Shown in pieces: positions 53,839-64,000 of a stretch of 64,000 bases of DNA. This stretch comes from Octopus vulgaris (lineage: Eukaryota). Both the position numbers and the translations under genes were made by a program. Below the pieces are notes generated by a model. It ran no database searches, had not been told where the DNA came from, and saw only the letters and a program-made list of their open reading frames with translations. Position 1 is the first letter of the stretch. Each line of letters begins with the position of its first letter. Where the stretch lies: positions 24,924,001 through 24,988,000 of the forward strand of contig OX597816.1 in the NCBI GenBank assembly GCA_951406725.2, read 5' to 3'.

Positions 53839-54399
53839 ATGTCGGAATTTGTTGAGAAAATAAATTTTTCATGGGTCCCGAGAGAAGTCTTGGAAAATCC
53901 ACACTTATCGCCTAGTTTTCTCAAAACTTGTAGAAGAATGGGTATTTTTCTCATGAAATTTTCTACAACTAACTTCCAGAGTGTATATAGATTACAATTA
54001 TATTGGAATTTTATGAAGAAAAAATAACTGTTAGGCGTGCACACATATATAAGGATACACATCATAAATATAATCGGAATCTTATACCATAACACCTGAA
54101 GCGTATTTGCAGAAAATTTCATTTAAAAATATCCATTTTTCTGGAAGTTATGATGAAGCATGTGTAAATAAATAACTGGAAACCCAGACAAAAAATTTTT
54201 CACGACAAATTTCGTTCGATATAATCGGAATGTACACTATCTGAAGCGTATTTATAAAAAAAAATCAATTCAAACGTGATTACATATACAAAACATACAT
54301 ACATACACACATCACATACACATACACACACACACACATATATATATACATATACATACATATATATACATATACATACATATATATACATATACATAC

Positions 54400-54430
<31 letters not shown>

Positions 54431-54967
54431 CATACATATATATATATACATACGGGGTCGATTAAATAAGTACTAGTTAGGCACTAGTATAATCGACTTA
54501 ATCCCTTTGTCTGCACTTGTTTGTCCCCTGCATGTTTAGCCCCCCTGTGGCCAATAAAGAAATAAATAATATTTAATTGTTTCCAATATAGACAGCCACA
54601 AGACAAGGCCTGACATTCGAGGGTGGAGACAAGTTGATCGATGTACATCGATCCATCGATCCCAGTGCTTAACTTGCAACTCGTTTCGATTTTTCGTTGA
54701 TATTGAAAGGATAAAAAAAGGCAAAGCCGACCTCGCCGGAATTTGAACTCAGAACGTTAAACACCCCAAAGTCAAATCTTGTCCGAGTTTTCTAATGATT
54801 CAGCCAAATCCGAATGACGATTGTTAATTCATTTATATTCGCCTCCAGGATTCATTTTCCGGGGAAAAAAAAAGTTGTAAAGAATGGAATTAGGAAAATG
54901 TTACTTAAAGCAACGACAAGTAGTGAGTGTGTGTGTGTGTATAGATATAATGTATGTATTATATGCC

Positions 54968-55045
<78 letters not shown>

Positions 55046-55171
55046 TATATAAATGTACATGTATGTATATATTATTGTATGTATATATGTATTTGTATAT
55101 ATTATATGTATATCTATATATATATATATATATTGATCAAAATAAAATAAAAACATGATGCGAAGGATTCA

Positions 55172-55249
55172 GCGGTACATATGTTTCGGGCCTTTATTAG
55201 ACAGATTTATAACAATGCATAATGTATGTCTATGGCCTTCTTCAGCCGC
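55172..55249 (-). ncRNA. minimal type I hammerhead ribozyme motif, core intact
   Basis: gcgg CTGAAGA a ggcc-atagac...gtcta-ataaa-ggcc c GAAA catatg TA ccgc; palindromic stem III ACATATGT; GUA cleavage triplet. Confidence 0.8.
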
Positions 55250-55473
55250 GCACAACAGCTTCCCCAAGGACATGTGTTACATCAAAAATTCTTGGTTGGG
55301 GATGCAAATCCTCTCATTCACGTACGACATAATGCGGCAGCAGCATAGAATTGAAGCGTCCATCTCTTTCTTCTCTCAATGTAGAATGAGGAAAATTGGA
55401 TGTTGAGGTAATGTAAATAAATAAATACATATATAGAGGTGAAGATATACAATATGTCTATATCTATAATTTT

Positions 55474-55529
<56 letters not shown>

Positions 55530-55539
55530 TAAATATATA

Positions 55540-55930
55540 GGCGTGGTAAGTAGCTTGATAACCAGCCACATGGTTCCGGGTTCAGTCCCACTGCGTGGTA
55601 CCTTGGGCAAGTGTCTTCTGCTATAGCTCCGGGCCGACCAATGCCTTGTGAGTGGATTTGGTAGACGGAAACTGAAAGAAGCCTGTCGTATATATGTATA
55701 TGTATTATGTGTGTGTGTTTGTGTGTCTGTGTTTGTCTGCCTAGCATTGCTTGACAACCGATGCTGGTGTGTCTACGTCCCCGTCACTTAGCGGTTCGGC
55801 AAAGGAGGGACCGATAGAATAAGTACTAGGCTTACTAAAGAATAAGTCCCGGGGTCGATTTGCCCGACTAAAGGCGGTGCTCTAGCATGGCCGCAGTCAA
55901 ATGACTGAAACAAGTAAAAGAGTAAAAAGA
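55540..55930 (+). mobile_element. SINE family 2
   Basis: Matches consensus. Confidence 0.8.
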
Positions 55931-55981
55931 GATATATATATACATACAATATGTATATATCTATATGTATAATTTTTTATG

Positions 55982-56030
<49 letters not shown>

Positions 56031-56555
56031 TAAGATGTATTATATGTATATGTAAGTATAATATATATATATATTTATGTGCATATGTATGTAATGTGTA
56101 TGTGTATATAGTTGAAATTTATAGAAAAACAAAAGATGAAGTGAGGTGTATGTACAAGCAGGTATTTAGTTTAGAATAATATACAAACGTGTATATATTT
56201 GCGTCTAATATAAACGCGAGTGTGTATAAATGTAAATATATATAATATATAATTTAGAGAAAAACCTCTATTAAACAATTTAATAATGAAAGATGTTATT
56301 CACACCAGATAGAAAACATATACTATAAAAAAAACCTTCTTCTAAAAATCAATAAAGTAAAATAAATAGTAAATAGTAGTATATTTATTGTAATTTTTTG
56401 ATTTTTAAGATAGTTTTTTTTTATAGTATATGTTTTCTATATGGTGTGAATAACATATATATATATTTTAATTTATTTTATAGAAGGAGCTTCTACAGGA
56501 CTAGAACTGTTTCATTGAGTACCTTACTTACTGTGGTTAACCCCGACTCAACCCG

Positions 56556-56655
<100 letters not shown>

Positions 56656-56868
56656 ATATAAAATTGTTAAATTGAATTTTTCCCTGTAAGTTTTGGAATT
56701 ATATTCCCTAATATTATTATTATATAATATATATACATACATATATATACATATATATATATACACACACACATATATATATACATATGTACATATGCAT
56801 ACATATATGTGCATATACAGCCGTTGTTCTAACCAATAACTGATAGTGTTTATGTGTGTGTGTGTATG

Positions 56869-56954
<86 letters not shown>

Positions 56955-57248
56955 CACGCATCTATACATATATGAAAATTTATACATACATGTACATGTT
57001 GTTTGTAAGTATGTTTCTATGTGTATGTATGTCTGTGTGCATGTATGCGTATGCATATAATTCTTTTATTGTTTTACTTGTTTCAGTCATTTGACTGAGG
57101 CCATACTGGAGCACCGCCTTTAGTCGAAAAAAAATCAACCACAGGATTTATTTTTTTGTAAGTCAATTACTTATTCTATGGGTAACTTTTACTGAACCGC
57201 CAAGTTACGGGGGTAAACACACCAACATCGGTATATGTGTGTGTGTGT

Positions 57249-57301
<53 letters not shown>

Positions 57302-57475
57302 GCACTTCGTTTTATGATTTGGTTTGTAAGATTCTTCATGTGAGTTCGTGTGTTGTAGCATATTTTGTTGTGTCTGGGGAGAGTCATTCTCTTTTAGTAA
57401 CTTATCATTTAGCACACACACTGGTAAAGTTTCCACTCATTTAAAAAATTTTTCCTAAGGGTTGCAAGACGAAAC

Positions 57476-57544
<69 letters not shown>

Positions 57545-58079
57545 ACAATGCACACACACAAACTCGACGGGCTTTTTTCAGTTACCGTTTACCATACCCA
57601 CTCAGAAGGCTTTGGTCGACTCGAGGCTATATAGTAGAAGACACTTTTCCAAGATGTTACGCAGTGGGACCGAAACCAGAACCATAATTTATTTAGCCTC
57701 TCCTTCGCCTAAATAAATGATAATAAACTTCTTCAAGTCAATGAAGTTGATTCCTCATCCGCTGTCATTTATTAATTTCATGTAACGCTCTGTACTCAAC
57801 TAACGCCACCGTACTCCGAAGCATATGTATAATAAGTTTTGGACACTAGGTTACTGCTTATCTCTGTATCTAAGCGAAATATATGATACATATAAACGAA
57901 TAATAAATATAGGATTAGATATATTTCGGCCAAAAATTTTCCAGGCCATGTCTAACTTAATAAGAACCACCTGGTAGGATCTCCAAAGTCATTATGGTAC
58001 CAAGCTCCATTTAGTCAAAGAGTTGTTGCTGCTGACCGAAAATGTATCCAGGTTTAGGTGATTTATAGACAATTTTATA

Positions 58080-58503
58080 GGCGGAGGTTAAGAATCCGCA
58101 CACCACGGTTTTTTTTTTTTTTTGCGTAACAAAACTCTAACCCTTAACTCTAACCCGGCGAAAGTAAAGAATACGTACACCCGGTGTTTAGGATTAGGGG
58201 TTAGGGTTAAGGTTTAAGGTTAAGGGTTAGGGTTTTTGTTACGCCGAAAACGGGTGATGTCCCTATTCTTTACCTCTGCCCCAAGCCCCTATGCCTAAAC
58301 CCTAATCATTGGGTGTACGTATTCTTTACCTTCGCCCCCAAGCCCTATGCCTAAACCCTAATCATTGGGTGTACGTATTCTTTACCTTCGCCCCCAAGCC
58401 CTATGCCTAAACCCTAATCATTGGGTGTACGTATTCTTTATCTCCGCCCCAAGCCCTATCACTAAACCCTAATCATTGGGTGTGCGTATTCTTTACCCTA
58501 ACC
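58080..58503. mobile_element. Merlin-type MITE with TTAGGG-like motifs and four about 58-bp tandem sub-terminal repeats
   Basis: GGCGGAGGTTAAGAAT / ATTCTTTACC-type ends; TSD attttata/attttgta; tandem unit ccaagccctatgcctaaaccctaatcattgggtgtacgtattctttaccttcgccc. Confidence 0.68.
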
Positions 58504-59109
58504 ATTTTGTAGATATAGATAATGAATAAATGCAATTACATAGAAATAAGAAAACAGCAAATATGAATAATTTTAGTAAGAATGATAGGTGGCCAGAGAT
58601 CTTGAAGAAGGAGCAGTGGATAGGGAAGATCGCAGACTAAGTCTTTTTCGAGCCTACATCCTCTGTCGGATGGAACTAATTCTGGTTTCTGCGACGTCTA
58701 AGTTTATTGAGATAGGACCATACCTCCTTCTCCCTCCTGGATGGGAAACAACAGCCGACCCTAGCTAGGCCCATCGCCAGACTTCGGTACCTGGTAAATG
58801 CTTCAGAATGTTCTGGTTGGGTGCACCATTGAATAGTAAAGAGGCAGTACCGTCCAGTGCCCCACCCCGCTTCCTTTAGTGACGGGCGTGGTCCGTCCGC
58901 CCGACGGTTAAACCTCTGGCCACTGCTGGTACTAATTTGAGTGAAGCTGCAATAGCATAAGAAGGAAAAGTAGATGCCTTGTTCAAAGACAATGCAATCA
59001 ACCTGTTCGGAAATCGAACCCACGATTGTACAATCCTGTGCCTAATAATTTCTCTATCACTAAGCCACCCGCCGTCACGGGCGTGGAATAACAGATGAAA
59101 AAATAAGAA

Positions 59110-59773
59110 ACGTTGGCATGCCGGGCGAAATGCGTAGCAGGTATTTCGTCCGTCTTTTATGTTCTGAGTTCAAATTCCGCCGAGGTCGACTTTGCCTTTC
59201 ATCCTTTCGAGGTCGATAAATTAAGTACCAGTTACGCACTGGGGTCGATGTAATCGACTTAATACCCATGTCTGTCCTTGTTTGTCCCCTCTGTGTTTAG
59301 CTTAGCCCCTTGTGGGTAATAAAGAAATAGGTATTTCGTCTGTCTTTTTGTTCTGAGTTCAAATTCCGCTGAGGTTGACTTTTGTCTTTCATCCTTTCGG
59401 GGTCGATAAGTTAAGTACCAATTGCTTACTGGGGTCGATCTAATCGACTGACCCCCGCCCCCCAAATTTTGGGCCTGGTTATGCTGCTTGCGCTCGTCCT
59501 TCTCTCAGTTATCTGGCCCCTCATGAAAAACGGTTTGGTGACCCCCTGCGAGCTGGCAGAATCGTTAGCACGCCGGGCGAAATGCGTAGCCGTATTTCGT
59601 CTGCCGTTGCGTTCTGAGTTCAAATTCCGCCGAGGTCAACTTTGCCTTTCATCCTTTCGGGGTCGATTAAATAAGTCCCAGTTACGCACTGGGGTCGATG
59701 TAATCGACTTAATACCTATGTCTGTCCTTGTTTGTCCCCTCTATGTTTAGCCCCTTGTGGGTAATAAATAAAT
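59110..59773 (+). mobile_element. SINE family 1 dimer plus a monomer with TSD
   Basis: Monomer 59549-59773 is flanked by the direct repeat ggtttggtgacccc(c)tg. Confidence 0.8.
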
Positions 59774-59883
59774 AGGTTTGGTGACCCCTGCTTTATAGTT
59801 AGCATATTATGGTTGCATAACGAAATATCATGAACGTACGAATCATTAATATTAGCTTACTAGCTTCCAGAAAAAAATACAAG

Positions 59884-61114
59884 GGTACTCATGACGAAGA
59901 GTGGATCAGCGCTAGTCATTCAGAAAAGTGAAAATAAAACAAATTTTAAAACTGAAATTAAATATTATTCAAAAATAAACCATTCCGAAAGACGTTTTTA
60001 GAATGTTCTGAAAACATTCATCTCCAGCTTTCCCCATGTCTCCCCCCCCCCCCCCAAGAAACCTTATTAAGATGGGTGGGATTCAATCATATTTGTATGT
60101 ACTCCAATCATACTCTTGGATCTGCTTTTTTGCATTTTTCGAGTAACATTCAACTGAACTGGTATGCACGTTAGTTACTGGATCCACAAAGTTTTCTTTA
60201 GGATTCGATTCATTTTGAAATAGGAACACCGTGGTTCGACATCAATTTCGGCTATTCCATTGCATCCATTCCAACAATCGGAATGGATAGTTGTTCCTGG
60301 TTTTATATACTTTCTGATAAGGGGGAGCAGAGTTTTGGAGGAACAATCGTTCGCAAATACTAAAAAATTTATATTTTATCTTCTCTGCCCCATTCTCCAA
60401 ACACCCATCCACCTCTCCTATAGTATTCTGCTTTTTTTATAATTCCTTTTGCACGTCAATGACTCATCTATTTCGACAATGTACCCAATTCCTCCAAATT
60501 CAACATCTCCTTTAGAAATGATTATAAACGTAAAAACGTCGCCCCTTTTCAAACCTAACCAGGCTTATGGCGAAAGAGTACAACAGGGGTCACCACCCAT
60601 TTCTTTATTACCCACAAGGGGCTAAACATAGAAGGGACAAACAAGGACAGACATAGGTATTAAGTCGATTACATCGACCCCAGTGCGTAACTGGTACTTA
60701 ATTTATCGACGCCGAAAGGCAAAGTCGACCTCGGGGGAATTTGAACTCACAACGTAACGGCAGACGAAATACCGCTAAGCATTTCGCCCGACGTGCTAAC
60801 GTTTCTGCCAGCTCGCCGCCTGCTTGAGTCTCGTGGAGCTTTTAGGTGTTTTCGCTCAATAAACACACACAACGCCCGGTCGGGGAATCGAAACAGCGAT
60901 CCTCCGACCTCGAGTCCGCTGCCCTTAACCACTGGACCATTGCGCCTCCACAGAGATGAATATGCATCATCAAAACTCAATGTATGGCAAAATATCATCA
61001 AACATTTTAAATAACAATATATCGAATTATACCGAAATGAATAGCATTTTATTTCCATTTTAAACTCGTTTTAGTTTCACTTTCTTTAGCGCGGGTCCAC
61101 TCTCAGTGAGTACC
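59884..61114 (-). mobile_element. decayed Merlin DNA transposon with nested SINEs
   Basis: Imperfect TIRs ggtactcatgacgaagagtggatcagcgcta / tagcgcgggtccactctcagtgagtacc; transposase remnant inside; no TSD seen. Confidence 0.7.
60095..60515 (-). pseudogene. Merlin (IS1595/ISXO2-like) DDE transposase remnant
   Basis: Minus strand, with frameshifts: FGGIGYIVEIDESLTCKRNY, WVFG, TLLPLIRKYIKPGTTIHSDCW and ENFVDPVTNVHTSSVE. Confidence 0.88.
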
Positions 61115-61244
61115 TGTAAGTTTTGGAATACTAAATATATAAACCGTGAAGAGTTAATGGGGTAAAGTCTAAAGATTCCGGGCACTCTTGCTCTTTTAAT
61201 TACGGTTGTGTTAAGAAGATCCTTTTGGAATTATATATGTAACC

Positions 61245-61347
61245 AATATATGTGTATGTATATATATGTATATATATATATGTATAAATGTATATATATA
61301 TGTATATGTATAAATGTATATATATATATATACATATATATACATAC

Positions 61348-61380
<33 letters not shown>

Positions 61381-61950
61381 CATATATATACATATACATA
61401 TATACATATACATATATATATATACACATATATACATATACATATATACATATACATATATACATATACATATATATATACATATACATATACATATATA
61501 TATACATATACATATACATATACATATATATATACATATACATATATACATATACATATATACATATACATATATATACATATACATATACATATATATA
61601 CATATACATATACATATATATATATATATACATATACATATACATATACATATATATATATACATATACATATACATATATATATATATACATATACATA
61701 TACATATATATATATATACATATACATATATATATATATACATATACATATACATATATATATATATACATATACATATATATATATATACATATACATA
61801 TATATATATGTGTGTGTGTGTGTGTATATATGTGTATGTATATATATGTATATATATATATCTGTATGTATATATATTTTTATATATATATGTATATATA
61901 TATATGTGTATATATATATATATGTGTGTGTGTGTGTATGTATGTCTATG

Positions 61951-61997
<47 letters not shown>

Positions 61998-62013
61998 ATT
62001 TATATATATTTGT

Positions 62014-62067
<54 letters not shown>

Positions 62068-62335
62068 TTAGAGATAAAACCCTGTAAGTTTGGAGTTATA
62101 CTCCCTATTATTATAATTATATATATATATATACACACATACATATATATATACATATATATATACTTATACATATATACTTATACATATATATATATAC
62201 TTATACATATATACTTAAAACCCTGTAAGTTTGGAGTTATACTCCCTATTATTATAATTATATATATATATATACACACATACATATATATATACATATA
62301 TATATACTTATACATATATACTTATACACACATAC
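61245..62335. repeat. (AT/ATAC)n array with a tandem duplication at about 62078-62330
   Basis: Visible directly; aaaaccctgtaagtttggagttatactccc occurs twice. Confidence 0.93.
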
Positions 62336-62597
62336 ACAAAGAAAAAACAACAACAAACAACTACTTTTCTTGTGTGCCTATGAAAAAAAAAAAGAATCGC
62401 TAAATGAATGAATGAATGACAAGATGGAACGCCAGTCAATGTTGTTGATGTTGCTGTTAGTGACTGACAATGACGATGGTGATGATCATAACGGTGATGA
62501 TGATGATGATGGGCATGTCTTTTACTTTCTTCAGTCATTAGACTGTGGCCATGCTGGGGCATCGCTTTAGTTTTTTTTTCTTTTTTTGTAACAATGG

Positions 62598-62731
62598 GGC
62601 GATCCTTCGGTATAGGTACCGTAAGTACCGGGATAACAGAAACCCTTTTCTATATACCCTCTATATACATAAAAAAAAACAATTTCTTGAAATGAATCCG
62701 GTACTTCCGGTACCTATATCGAAGTTACGCC
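62598..62731. mobile_element. Merlin-type MITE (47455 family)
   Basis: GGCGATCCTTCGGTATAGGTAC / GTACCTATATCGAAGTTACGCC; TSD aacaatgg/aagaatgg. Confidence 0.8.
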
Positions 62732-63269
62732 AAGAATGGTATTTATTCTATCGGTATGTTTTGATGAACTGCTAAGTTACGGGGGACAAACAGACAAAAA
62801 GACGCACACCCCCATTCACAATGCTTTAGTCGGCCCAAGGCTATAGTAGAAAACACTTGCCCAAGGTGCCACGCTGTGGGACTGAACCCAGAACCATGTG
62901 GTTGGGAAACAAGCTTCTTGCCACAGAGTCACTAACAACAACAACAACAATAATAAAATCCTTTCTACTAGAGGCACAAGGCCTCAAATTTGTGGGGAGG
63001 GGGACTAGTCGAGACAGTCGACTGGTACTTAATTATCGACCCTAAAAGGATGAAGGGCCCAAGTTGACCTCGGCAGAATTTGAACTCAGGACGTGGTCAC
63101 GTATGAAATGCCGCTACGCACTTTACCCGACGTTGCTAACAATAACAATAATTTAAAAAGACAATGCGAATAATACTTAGCGGTATCTCGTCTGTCTTTA
63201 CGTTCTGAGTTCAAATTCCGCCGAGGTCGACTTTGCCTTTCATCCTTTCGGGGTCGATAAATTAAGTAC

Positions 63270-63797
63270 TACATTATTTACATTCGACGGATATTTGTTC
63301 TCATCTTGTTTGTTGTTAACACAGCGTTTCGGCTGATATACCCTCCAGCCTTCTTCAGGTGTCTTGGGGGAAATTTCGAATCTGGGTTCTCATTCTTAAG
63401 GTATTTTTCGAGGTCATTATTATTATTGTTAGTGTTCAGGTCACTGCTTGGAATCGAATACGGAATCTTGGGGTAGTAGCTCGCGCTCTTAACCACTACG
63501 CCATAGTGGTTAAGAGCGCGGGCAACTAACCCCAAGATTCCGAGTTCGATTCCAAGCAGAGACCTGAACAACAACAATAATAATAATAATAATAACTAAT
63601 AATAATAATAATAACAACAAGAACATCGAAAAATACCTTAGGAATGAGAACCCAGGTTCGAAATTTCCTCAAGACACCTGAAGAAGGCTGGAGGGTATAT
63701 CAGCCGAAATGTTGTGTTTAACAACAAACAAGATGAGGACAAATATCCGTTGAATGTAAATAATGTACATAATTCCTCATCTCTTAGATATAGAACT
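63270..63797. mobile_element. palindromic tRNA-headed Penelope-type hammerhead retroposon inserted in a SINE
   Basis: Inverted arms meeting near 63503; each arm is tRNA-like head + (AAT)n + hammerhead tail; TSD (t)aaattaagtac at 63258-63269 and 63797-63808. Confidence 0.85.
63674..63717 (+). ncRNA. minimal type I hammerhead ribozyme motif (mirror copy at 63319-63362, minus strand)
   Basis: acac CTGAAGA a ggctg-gagggtatat-cagcc GAAA(t) gtt gtgt; three-copy consensus stem III is GAAACGTT; this copy has C>T. Confidence 0.72.
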
Positions 63798-63944
63798 AAA
63801 TTAAGTACCAGTTGCGTACTGGGGTCGATCTAATCGACTGGCCCCCACCCTCCCCCAAAATTTCGGGCCTTGTGCCTAAAGTAGAAAAGAATATAAAAAA
63901 CTTATAAAAATATTTCTTACCTTGAATCGCTGATATGAAAATGG

Positions 63945-63993
<49 letters not shown>

Positions 63994-64000
63994 TTTATGT

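Noticed and set aside
58190-58235. TTAGGG run as a chromosome end or fusion site
   Set aside because: Short, degenerate and enclosed by MITE termini with a TSD.
58280-58500. Four regularly spaced repeats resembling a CRISPR array
   Set aside because: Contiguous tandem units with no unique spacers, no cas genes and a eukaryotic context.

Overview
AT-rich, microsatellite-dense eukaryotic DNA. The SINE families and (AT)n/(AAT)n/(AG)n load suggest an octopod cephalopod (inference). I found one host gene: a minus-strand, spliced, divergent odd-skipped-related (Osr) C2H2 zinc-finger transcription factor. Its coding exons are 38185-38452, 33705-34677, 30151-30306, 29080-29184 and probably 27662-27674; all splice phases are compatible, giving about 501-504 aa with 3 fingers. 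The rest is mobile DNA: a decayed full-length mariner, a Merlin transposase remnant with several Merlin-type MITEs (GG ends, 8-9 bp TSDs), hAT/Tc2/Helitron-type non-autonomous elements, R4/Dong 3' ends inside (AAT)n arrays, CR1 and Tx1 3' ends, Penelope RT remnants and four SINE families. The best candidate for a new system is a non-coding retroposon made of a tRNA-derived Pol III head, an (AAT)n linker and a Penelope-type minimal hammerhead ribozyme tail. It is integrated as a head-to-head palindrome with a TSD (63270-63797; second copy 476-1408). Several unrelated minimal hammerheads also occur. All calls are from manual reading; no searches or folding programs were run, and repeat boundaries are approximate unless a TSD is given.
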